Positions 38,266 through 46,344 of a DNA stretch of 64,000 nucleotides are shown piece by piece (position 1 is the first letter of the stretch; every line of letters starts with the position of its first letter). The notes under the pieces were generated by a model that did not search any database, was not told the origin of the DNA, and was given only the letters and a program-made list of their open reading frames with translations. Made by a program: the position numbers and the translations under genes. Source of the DNA: an uncultured Gammaproteobacteria bacterium (lineage in GTDB: Bacteria > Patescibacteriota > Patescibacteriia > Magasanikbacterales > GWA2-37-8); the NCBI GenBank assembly GCA_964540825.1, contig CAZINT010000003.1, positions 83,250-147,249 of the forward strand. Direction: 5' to 3'.

Positions 38266-38598
38266 TCAGCGGCCCGGGAACACAAGTCCCGACCGGTAGT
38301 CCTTGTACTCGATCTGGGTGCAGACCATACCATCTTCCCGGTACTTGCGGATCTCACACTTCTTCACCGCAGGAGCGGGTGAAGGGAAGCTCGGCTTGGT
38401 CGCGAAGAGTCCTGGAAGGTGGACGCCGTCGCAGATAATATGGTACTTGCCGTACCAATCCTCCTGCTGCGGTTTCTGCGGCTGAGACACGGTGGACGCA
38501 CCAGGCACCAAGCCCAAACGCTGAACCGTGCTCGGCTGCACAGAACCACAGCCTGCCAGAGAACTCATCACAAACAACCCGATTAGTGCCCGCTTCAT
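38266..38598 (-). CDS. SD-led orphan lipoprotein
   Basis: Lipobox SLAG-C and GAGAGGA SD. Minus-strand promoter TTGACA-17 nt-TACGGT near 38713. 3' hairpins at 38184-38249. Confidence 0.7.
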   Translation of the reverse strand: MKRALIGLFVMSSLAGCGSVQPSTVQRLGLVPGASTVSQPQKPQQEDWYGKYHIICDGVHLPGLFATKPSFPSPAPAVKKCEIRKYREDGMVCTQIEYKDYRSGLVFPGR

Positions 38599-38821
38599 GC
38601 TTCCATCCTCTCAAAAAAGAGCCCATCACGTACGTGCAACGCTCGTGTTTTGACACGTCGCACAATTCTCTAGAACAGATTTTGACCGTACTCCAAAAAT
38701 TGTTTTTTGTCAATTCTTCAAAGAGTCTATACCTATTTTTCGCTATACTCATCATGTCATAGTCATAATCTTGACGAATTAATTGTTTTTAAGTACTATA
38801 GGCTTTGTTTTAAGCCCTCAT

Positions 38822-38898
38822 GTCAGGGTAGCTCAGCTGGTTAGAGCACGGGATTCATAACCCCGAGGTCGGCGGTTCGATCCCGCCTCCTGACACCA
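38822..38898 (+). tRNA. tRNA with CAT anticodon (elongator Met or Ile2)
   Basis: GTCAGGG/TCCTGAC acceptor stem, ttCATaa loop, GGTTCGATC T-loop and encoded CCA. It lacks initiator features. Confidence 0.9.
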
Positions 38899-38979
38899 CC
38901 ACAGTACTAAGCAGAATAGGCAGAATAAGTACTAAGCAACCGATAACTTACTCTGCCTATTCTGCTTAATCTGCTTACC

Positions 38980-40008
38980 ATGCTTGTACTCGGCATTGAA
39001 TCATCTTGCGACGACACTTCGGTTGCCCTGCTCGACTCTTCTAGCCAGGGTCATTTTATTATTGCTGAAAAAACTTTTTCACAGATTGAAATCCACCAAA
39101 AATATGGTGGCGTCGTTCCCGAAATTGCCGGCCGTATGCATGCCGAAAAAATTGCGCCAATTATTGAAGAAGTTCTCAAAGGCCAAGACAAGCCGGATAT
39201 AATTGCTGTAACTGCCGGCCCAGGCCTTATCACCGGACTCATTGTCGCGGTCGAAGCCGCTCGCACGCTCGGGTATGCCTGGAATATTCCAATTGTTGCC
39301 ACCAATCATATTAGTGGCCACGTGCATTCGGTCGAAATTCAAAACGAAAAAACTACTACTCCTGCCCCGATCGCCTTTCCCGCACTCGCGCTCATTGTGA
39401 GCGGTGGCCACACTGAACTTATTCTGATGCAAAGCCATACGGAATGTACAATTCTTGGACGCACCAAAGACGATGCTGCTGGAGAATGTTTTGATAAAGT
39501 CGCGAGCCTCTTAGGCTTTGCCTACCCGGGCGGCCCGCACATTTCTCGCGAAGCAGTGAACGGAAACCCAAACGCAATTGAGTTCCCCCGCCCGATGATT
39601 CATGACAAGAGTTATGATTTTAGTTTTTCAGGGCTGAAGACTGCGGCCCTGTACTGGCTCCGTGACAACATAGTAGGAGAAAAAGTTTCTCAAACAGATT
39701 TTTGTGCCAGTTTCGAACAAGCGATCATTGATGTACTGGTAACCAAAACAATGCGTGCTGCCACTGAGCACAAACCAAAGAGTATTATTCTCGGCGGCGG
39801 TGTTTCGGCTAACAAAAAATTACGCGAAGCGCTGACAAACGCTGTGCAGACAGATTTTCCAGAAACAACTATGCACCTTCCCCCACCCGGGTATTCCATG
39901 GATAACGGCGCTATGATTGCCGTGGCCGGGTATTACCAAGCCTTAAACAAAAACTTCACTAACTGGACAGAACTGAGTGCCAATCCGAATTGGCGAATTG
40001 ACCGCTAG
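38980..40008 (+). CDS. tsaD: tRNA threonylcarbamoyltransferase
   Basis: LGIESSCDDT, GGVVPEIA, NHISGH, VSGGHT, DDAAGECFDK and DNGAMIA motifs. Confidence 0.97.
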   Translation: MLVLGIESSCDDTSVALLDSSSQGHFIIAEKTFSQIEIHQKYGGVVPEIAGRMHAEKIAPIIEEVLKGQDKPDIIAVTAGPGLITGLIVAVEAARTLGYAWNIPIVATNHISGHVHSVEIQNEKTTTPAPIAFPALALIVSGGHTELILMQSHTECTILGRTKDDAAGECFDKVASLLGFAYPGGPHISREAVNGNPNAIEFPRPMIHDKSYDFSFSGLKTAALYWLRDNIVGEKVSQTDFCASFEQAIIDVLVTKTMRAATEHKPKSIILGGGVSANKKLREALTNAVQTDFPETTMHLPPPGYSMDNGAMIAVAGYYQALNKNFTNWTELSANPNWRIDR

Positions 40009-40038
40009 CCATTTCTTGTATTTTTAGCCTAATTAAGC

Positions 40039-40072
40039 CCTTTATCTTTACAAAAGGGCTTTTTTGTGCTAT
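40039..40072 (+). promoter_or_regulatory. Promoter, family B copy 1
   Basis: CCTTTATCTTTACAAAAGGGCTTTTTTGTGCTAT is nearly identical to 41449-41482. Confidence 0.8.
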
Positions 40073-40155
40073 TATTTTCTGTTTATCCGTGGGTCTTTCT
40101 CTCTGCCTGCGGAAAACCTGTTCATTAACAAAAGAGAGAGACAAGGATCGCGAAC

Positions 40156-41277
40156 ATGCCGAATGGAAAAACCGATCTGCTCGCTCCGGGTGAACTGGGT
40201 GCTGTCATCGTGACAGCGCTCGGTTTCAAGAACAATCGCTCCGCAGCCGATTACCTCAAGAGTACGGAATACCAGCAGCGTTTCTCGGCGGCGTCAGACG
40301 CCTACCAGCCGATCGACTTTGGCGGCGGTACCTACGTACCGCTTTCACCCAAAAACAAAGGACCACTCGATCTCACCGGCCTCATGGAAGAGACTCGTGG
40401 CGACCAGGAGCGACCCACCTGGATCCCGCTCTTCAAAGCTGGCACGCCGAAGCCTGTCGGAGCCTACAACGTCGCTCTCGTCTGTGACGGAGCGGCGCGG
40501 TTCTACAGCCGCATCGGCGCCAACACCCGTGTGAAAGGGTGGATGTACCGCATCATCTCGGGAGAGCGCGACTGCTACGCCGTGTGGGCGCGAACCGACG
40601 GACAGCCGCTCCGCGGGGCCATGGGCAACTCGGTAGATTCGAAGCGCTTCTACGCGACGCAGTCTGCCCGCGGCCTCATCTACGCCCGCGAGGCACTCTT
40701 CGACCACGTCGGCACGATGGTGGGCTACGCCACCACCACGACGCAGATCGAGGTCCGCGTGCGCGACCAGGACCCCAAACTCTGCGACAACCTGCAGGTC
40801 TTCCGCAAGACGAGCGTCAGCTACAGCTACGACCGCGAGAAGCATGATCCGCCCCGGCTGAACGACTTCGGCCAGGTTTGGCACCCCCTCATCGAGCGTG
40901 CCTACAAATGTTTCGAGCTGTACTGCATGCCCCTGCCGGAGGAGCTACAACACCGACAGCTCTTCTTCATAGAGCAGCTCGCCAAGAGCAAGGCTGACCA
41001 GCGGACATACCCCAACTTCGACAGCAAGATCGGGAAGCTCGACTGGCAGCTAGCGCTCGACAAGGTCGACGAGCCCTGGCAGCTCAGCGTCGTGATCCGG
41101 CGTTACTGCAACAGCCGCTTCGACAGCTCCCCCTGCTGCAATGACACCACCTCCAGTCGCTGGACCAAGATGCTTAGCCAGTACGTCTGCTCCACCGAGC
41201 GTCGCACCAAGCTTCAGGAGATGGTGAACAGCTACTGCTCGGTCGTCGATAGCATGTGGAACTACAGCGGCGACTAA
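40156..41277 (+). CDS. SD-led GC-rich orphan protein (373 aa)
   Basis: AAGGA at 40143-40147, leader stem 40093-40142 and GC-rich codons. No family recognised. Confidence 0.8.
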   Translation: MPNGKTDLLAPGELGAVIVTALGFKNNRSAADYLKSTEYQQRFSAASDAYQPIDFGGGTYVPLSPKNKGPLDLTGLMEETRGDQERPTWIPLFKAGTPKPVGAYNVALVCDGAARFYSRIGANTRVKGWMYRIISGERDCYAVWARTDGQPLRGAMGNSVDSKRFYATQSARGLIYAREALFDHVGTMVGYATTTTQIEVRVRDQDPKLCDNLQVFRKTSVSYSYDREKHDPPRLNDFGQVWHPLIERAYKCFELYCMPLPEELQHRQLFFIEQLAKSKADQRTYPNFDSKIGKLDWQLALDKVDEPWQLSVVIRRYCNSRFDSSPCCNDTTSSRWTKMLSQYVCSTERRTKLQEMVNSYCSVVDSMWNYSGD

Positions 41278-41317
41278 CCCGCGCTCCACTAACGGTTGGT
41301 CTAACAACCAATCACCA

Positions 41318-41425
41318 CCTCTTCCAAACCCTGGGGGAGCGCACTACAGTTTTTCTAAAAATATTAGAACCACTGTAGTCTCCCCCAGATTATAAAAATA
41401 ACTCCTTTTTAGGGAGTTGTTTTTT
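41318..41425 (+). repeat. Structured 3' element, family B copy 1 (bulged hairpin plus terminator)
   Basis: CTGGGGGAG[cgc]ACTACAGT...ACTGTAGTCTCCCCCAG, then AAAAATAACTCC...GGAGTTGTTTTT. Confidence 0.9.
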
Positions 41426-41448
41426 ATATACAAAAGCAACACCCGCCA

Positions 41449-41482
41449 CCTTTATCTTGACAAAAGGGTTCTTTTGTGCTAT
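41449..41482 (+). promoter_or_regulatory. Promoter, family B copy 2
   Basis: TTGACA 41457, 17 nt, then extended -10 TG-c-TATACT. Confidence 0.85.
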
Positions 41483-41576
41483 ACTCACTTGTTGTTTTGA
41501 TAGCTTTTTGTCTGCATAAATAGTGCGTATTATAAAGCTTCTCAAACTGAAGCTCACAATTGATTGGAGGACAGAG

Positions 41577-42149
41577 ATGAGTCGTCTATCCCAGAAGGCA
41601 CGTCAGCACCGCGCGAACCTTCGCGACCTCAGCGATCGTATCGCCGAAGATAATGAGGTGGACCACCGAGAAGCCGACAACACCCTCGAGGACGATGACT
41701 TCGACGACGCACCCCACCCCTTCGACAGAGCAAAGGAGCTCGTCGATTGGACTGGCCGCAAGCGGTCCGGCGACATGAAGGGCATCTCCTTCTGCGGATA
41801 CTCCACGCGAGTAATCGCCTTCGAGCTGAACCACCAGGATCGGCTCACCGAGATCGCCGAGGAGAACTACCCGGCCTCCGCCGACGAGGACCCGGATGTG
41901 CACCGCTACTACGCAGAGCATCAGCGCCAGATCGACCGAGAGCTCGACTGGCTCTGGGCCAAGCGGGGAGAGTACCGGGCGCAGGGCGCACACGAAGTCT
42001 GGGTGTACCTCAACGGCAAGAACATCGAGGACCACCCGTACCGGTCGTGGGTCCCTCGCATGCCCGGTCTCCCGGCCCAGGAAGACTCCGACTTCGACCG
42101 CCACTACCACCCGTGGGGCGGCAACCTCTACTCCTTCAGCTACGTCTAG
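41577..42149 (+). CDS. SD-led GC-rich orphan, Asp/Glu/His/Arg-rich
   Basis: GGAGG at 41566-41570 before ATG 41577, with GC-rich codons. Confidence 0.8.
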   Translation: MSRLSQKARQHRANLRDLSDRIAEDNEVDHREADNTLEDDDFDDAPHPFDRAKELVDWTGRKRSGDMKGISFCGYSTRVIAFELNHQDRLTEIAEENYPASADEDPDVHRYYAEHQRQIDRELDWLWAKRGEYRAQGAHEVWVYLNGKNIEDHPYRSWVPRMPGLPAQEDSDFDRHYHPWGGNLYSFSYV

Positions 42150-42166
42150 CACTAGCCGAAGACCAT

Positions 42167-42274
42167 CCTCTTCCACCCTGGGGGAGCCGACTACAGTTTT
42201 TCTAAAAAATATTAGAGCCACTGTAGTCTCCCCCAGATTATAAAAACAACTCCTTTTTAGGGAGTTGTTTTTAT
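42167..42274 (+). repeat. Structured 3' element, family B copy 2 (overlaps the dnaE stop)
   Basis: Near-identical to 41318-41425, with bulge ccg. Confidence 0.9.
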
Positions 42275-45200
42275 GTACCAAATCTTTTCCAGCGCTTCGG
42301 TAAATTCAGATGAAGTACTAATTGTAAACGATGTTTTTATTTTCTTATCACCAACCTTCAGGAAAACCAATTTTTCTCCCGGGAACTCCGCAAAAATCTT
42401 TTTAAGTTCCGCCGCTTTCATCCCCGCTTCTTCTGGGGAAAGCTTTATTTCTACGGTGCCGTCACCCAGGTCAACCACGCGATCCGCACGGTCGCGCTCG
42501 ATTGCAGCACGGTTAGGCACGTGACTTTTTACCGATTTCTCACCATGATTCATGGCCATTTGCATGGCCATGGCCCGTACATTTTCGGGCGTCAATTCAT
42601 ACGCTTTTTCTACAAACAATTTATCGTCCCCTTCTTCATCACTCGTCTTACCCACCACGCAAACAAGCCTACCTTCGACCCACACATCTTTGGTTGTTTC
42701 ATATGTTTTAGGAAAAACCAACAGCTCCAAACTCGCACTGATATCTTGGATCGTTACGAACATCATCGGCTTACCCCCGCGCGTAATTTTTTTCTTGGTA
42801 CTATCAATGACACCGCCCACAATCAGCCAGGTGCTGCGCGACTGACCGCCCAGGTCTTTAATCGGCGTCAGGCAGTTACTCATAATTTCCTGGTAGCGGG
42901 TAAACGGATGCGCTGTTACATACAGGCCCAGCAGCTCTTTTTCCCAAGTAAGCTTTTCAGCTTCGGTTGCGAGTGGTGCCGGGTCCAATTTTACTTTACT
43001 GACGATATCAATCTTTGAACCAGAGAAAAGCGAATGCTGTTTAGAACTATTTGCTTCCTGCGTCTGTTTCGCAAAAGAAAGAATATTATCAATGTTCTTG
43101 AGAATTAAATTACGATCAAACCCCAAACAATCCATGGCTCCACACTTTGCCAAACTTTCGACGGATTTTTTGTTTAAGTCTTTATCTTTAACGCGCGTCA
43201 AAAATTCTTCCAAAGTTTTGAAAGGGCCGTTTGCTTCGCGCTCTTTATAGATAACTTCGGCAATGTGTTCACCCACGTTTTTAATACCTGAAAAACCAAA
43301 ACGAATATGCGGCTCACTCCCGTCATCAGGCGTAATCATGGCAAAGTTTTTGTGGCTCGCGTTAATGTCGGGGGGCAATACCTTCACGCCCATGCGCGCG
43401 CACTCGTGAATGACTTCCGGAACTTTTTCAATATCCCCGCTTTCTGCAATTAAAATAGCGGTCATGTACTGAATCGGAAAATTGGCTTTCAAATACGCAG
43501 TTTGGTACGCGACAACCGCGTAACTAGCGGCATGCGCTTTGTTAAACCCGTACGCTGCGAACGGCTCAATCAATTCCCAGAGGCGGTGAATCTTTACTTC
43601 CGGCACTTTCCCGATTTCTTTACAGCCTTTAAAAAACTTTTCTTTTTGTTTTTCCATTTCTTCGGGAATTTTCTTACCCATCGCTTTACGGAATTTATCC
43701 GCCTCTTCCCAATTGTACCCGCCCAAATTAATAGCCGTCAGGAGCACGTCGTCTTGATACACAATAAGGCCGAGCGACTGATCCAAATAATCTTTCATGC
43801 GCGGATCAAGGTATTCAATCAGCTCAGGATGATTTTTGCGCTTGATATATTCCGGAATTGATTCCATTGGGCCAGGGCGGAAGAGCGCTACCATAGCCAT
43901 GATATCAAAGATACTGGCTGGTTTCAGTTCTTTCAGGTAACGCGTCATGCCCGAACCCGACAATTGAAACACACCCACGGTTTCACCGCGCGCGAGCATG
44001 TCGTAGGTTTTCTGATCATCCCACGGAAGGGTGTAGATATTAATTTTCTGCCCCGTTGTTTTGGCAATAATTTCAATGGCGTGCCCCAGAATGGAAAGGT
44101 TGCGAATACCCAAGAAGTCCATTTTGAGTACTCCGGCGGCTTCAACCGCATGCATTTCGTACTGCGTGGTGATTTTTTCACCGCCCGTTTCATATTGAAT
44201 CGGCGTAAAGTCAGTTAAGGGGGTCGGCGAAATAACCACGCCGGCCGCATGCATCGACGAGTGACGCGCACAGCCTTCAACTTTACGCGCCAAGTCAAGC
44301 AGGCGTTTCGCCTGGCCATTTTTGGTGTACAGTTCCTTGAGATCAGGCTCAAGATCAAGCGCTTTGTCGATTGTCATCTGAAAGCCCTGTGCCCCAAACG
44401 GAATAAGTTTTGATACTTGGTCGCAAAAAGAATATGAATACCCTAGGGCACGCCCCACATCGCGCACTGCTCCGCGAGCGGCCATGGTTCCAAACGTAAT
44501 AATCTGCGCTACTTTGTCGGCACCGTATTTATCCGTAACATATTTAATCATCTCGTCGCGGCGGTCGTCAGCGAAGTCAGTATCAATATCCGGCGGGCTC
44601 GGGCGGAACGGGTTGAGGAAACGCTCGAACGGCAATTTAAAATACAATGGGTTTACCGTCGTAATACCAAGCGCATACGAAACAATTGAACCAGCGCCCG
44701 ATCCACGCGTGGTTTCGACGATGTCATTGCGCCGAGCAAAATCGACATAATCAGCCACGGTCAAAAAGTACGGTGAATAACCTTTTTTAGAAATAATATC
44801 AAGCTCATAATCAACACGCTTGCGCACATCTTCCGTCACCTCAGTCAACGCCGGCAGCTTTTCATACACCTGATTACGCAAATGCGTATCGAATGTTTCG
44901 CCGGGCGGAATTTCGATCGCCGCAAAATGCCATTTATTGAGTTCCAGTTTAAAATTAACGCGCTCGGCAATTTTAACTGTGTTGGCTATTGCTTCGGGCA
45001 AATGTTTAAACCGGGCCGCAATATCGTCCGCGCTTGCGAGCGAATAATCAACGGCGCTCATGGAAATACGATTCGGTTCTTCCATACTGAGGCCGTCCCG
45101 AATACAGGTCAAAATATCCTGCGCTTCGGCATCTTCTTCGTGTAGATAATGCGCATCGCGCGTTACTACCAAGGGAATTCCTGTTTCTTTACTCAGTTTA

Positions 45201-45778
45201 ACGAGTTCACTGTTAACTTCAAATTGCCCTTCTTGGTTCGCCAGATCGACAATTTCCAAATAATAATTTTCCGGGCCAAAAATCGCTTGGTATTCCAAGG
45301 CTACTTTTTTGGCTTTCTCAAAATTCTTTTCTTTAAATAAAATACGCGGCACTTCGCCTTCCATACAGCCTGACAAGGCCACGATGCCTTCGTGATATTT
45401 TTCGAGCAGCTCACGGTCAACACGGGGTTTGCCTAAATGAAAGCCTTCCAAGTGACTATCTGACACTAGCTTCATCATGTTGCGGTACCCGTCGTAGTTG
45501 AGCGCCAAGAGGACCAGATGATACACACGAGCATCATTGGTCTTTTTATCAAACCGACTACCCGGGGCAACATACACTTCCACCCCAATAATCGGTTTTA
45601 TCTCTTGCTTAAGACATTCTTCATAAAACTCGATCGCCCCATACATGTTGGCGTGATCAGTTAGGGCGAGCGTCGTAAAGCCTAATTTTTTGGCACCCTT
45701 AACCAGCTCATCGATTTTAGGCAGAGCGTCCAGGAGCGAATAATGGCTATGGGTGTGGAGGTGAACAAAATTCGACAT
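42257..45778 (-). CDS. dnaE: DNA polymerase III alpha subunit
   Basis: FVHLHTHSHYSLLD PHP domain, RGSGAGS, PDIDTDF and YGFNKAHA motifs. Confidence 0.98.
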   Translation of the reverse strand: MSNFVHLHTHSHYSLLDALPKIDELVKGAKKLGFTTLALTDHANMYGAIEFYEECLKQEIKPIIGVEVYVAPGSRFDKKTNDARVYHLVLLALNYDGYRNMMKLVSDSHLEGFHLGKPRVDRELLEKYHEGIVALSGCMEGEVPRILFKEKNFEKAKKVALEYQAIFGPENYYLEIVDLANQEGQFEVNSELVKLSKETGIPLVVTRDAHYLHEEDAEAQDILTCIRDGLSMEEPNRISMSAVDYSLASADDIAARFKHLPEAIANTVKIAERVNFKLELNKWHFAAIEIPPGETFDTHLRNQVYEKLPALTEVTEDVRKRVDYELDIISKKGYSPYFLTVADYVDFARRNDIVETTRGSGAGSIVSYALGITTVNPLYFKLPFERFLNPFRPSPPDIDTDFADDRRDEMIKYVTDKYGADKVAQIITFGTMAARGAVRDVGRALGYSYSFCDQVSKLIPFGAQGFQMTIDKALDLEPDLKELYTKNGQAKRLLDLARKVEGCARHSSMHAAGVVISPTPLTDFTPIQYETGGEKITTQYEMHAVEAAGVLKMDFLGIRNLSILGHAIEIIAKTTGQKINIYTLPWDDQKTYDMLARGETVGVFQLSGSGMTRYLKELKPASIFDIMAMVALFRPGPMESIPEYIKRKNHPELIEYLDPRMKDYLDQSLGLIVYQDDVLLTAINLGGYNWEEADKFRKAMGKKIPEEMEKQKEKFFKGCKEIGKVPEVKIHRLWELIEPFAAYGFNKAHAASYAVVAYQTAYLKANFPIQYMTAILIAESGDIEKVPEVIHECARMGVKVLPPDINASHKNFAMITPDDGSEPHIRFGFSGIKNVGEHIAEVIYKEREANGPFKTLEEFLTRVKDKDLNKKSVESLAKCGAMDCLGFDRNLILKNIDNILSFAKQTQEANSSKQHSLFSGSKIDIVSKVKLDPAPLATEAEKLTWEKELLGLYVTAHPFTRYQEIMSNCLTPIKDLGGQSRSTWLIVGGVIDSTKKKITRGGKPMMFVTIQDISASLELLVFPKTYETTKDVWVEGRLVCVVGKTSDEEGDDKLFVEKAYELTPENVRAMAMQMAMNHGEKSVKSHVPNRAAIERDRADRVVDLGDGTVEIKLSPEEAGMKAAELKKIFAEFPGEKLVFLKVGDKKIKTSFTISTSSEFTEALEKIWYIKTTP

Positions 45779-45889
45779 AAACAACCGAAAAAGCAAAATT
45801 TTTAACAGTCCTTCAGCTAGAATACTCTACCCTTATAAACTTAAAAAAGCAACCCCGACCAAGGTCGAGATTGCTGATGAAAACCAAGC

Positions 45890-46276
45890 TTATTTTTTAA
45901 TCTTTTTAGTCATCCGGTGCATCTTGTCGGCTGTCGCACGTACTGCCCTATCTACTGCTTCTTTGGCGCTTTCGTCAAACTTTTCACTGGCATCATCGAC
46001 CCATTCTTTGGTTTTTTTACGAACCACTTTTTGCACGAGTCCGCCAACGCCACCGCTAATCATACCCGCGATGCCTGAGAGCTGTTCCACGCGGCCACGA
46101 ATATAATCAATGGCTTCGGTTAATTTTTCTAATTTGGAACGCACTTCGCCAACAATCTCGCTGGCATTTTTGAGAATGCGCATGACATAGTAGAGCATCC
46201 AGCAAAAAAAAGCTGTGCCGACCAAAAGACAAAAGGCCAAAACCCAATAAAGAATGTCTTTAGAAGTATCAAACAT
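45890..46276 (-). CDS. Hypothetical membrane-anchored coiled-coil protein
   Basis: N-terminal TM helix followed by a helical tail. Confidence 0.75.
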   Translation of the reverse strand: MFDTSKDILYWVLAFCLLVGTAFFCWMLYYVMRILKNASEIVGEVRSKLEKLTEAIDYIRGRVEQLSGIAGMISGGVGGLVQKVVRKKTKEWVDDASEKFDESAKEAVDRAVRATADKMHRMTKKIKK

Positions 46277-46344
46277 ACACGAACAACTTAAGAGTAACGT
46301 ACAAAGTAGCTGCTACTATACCACAAAGCCTCTCAAGAACAAAA

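Noticed and set aside
41318-42274. CRISPR array or IS ends suggested by the repeats
   Set aside because: There are only two copies, separated by a whole gene. No spacers, cas genes, transposase or target-site duplications were seen.
42257-45778. Intein or split in dnaE
   Set aside because: The length and motif order are normal for DnaE, with no evident insertion.
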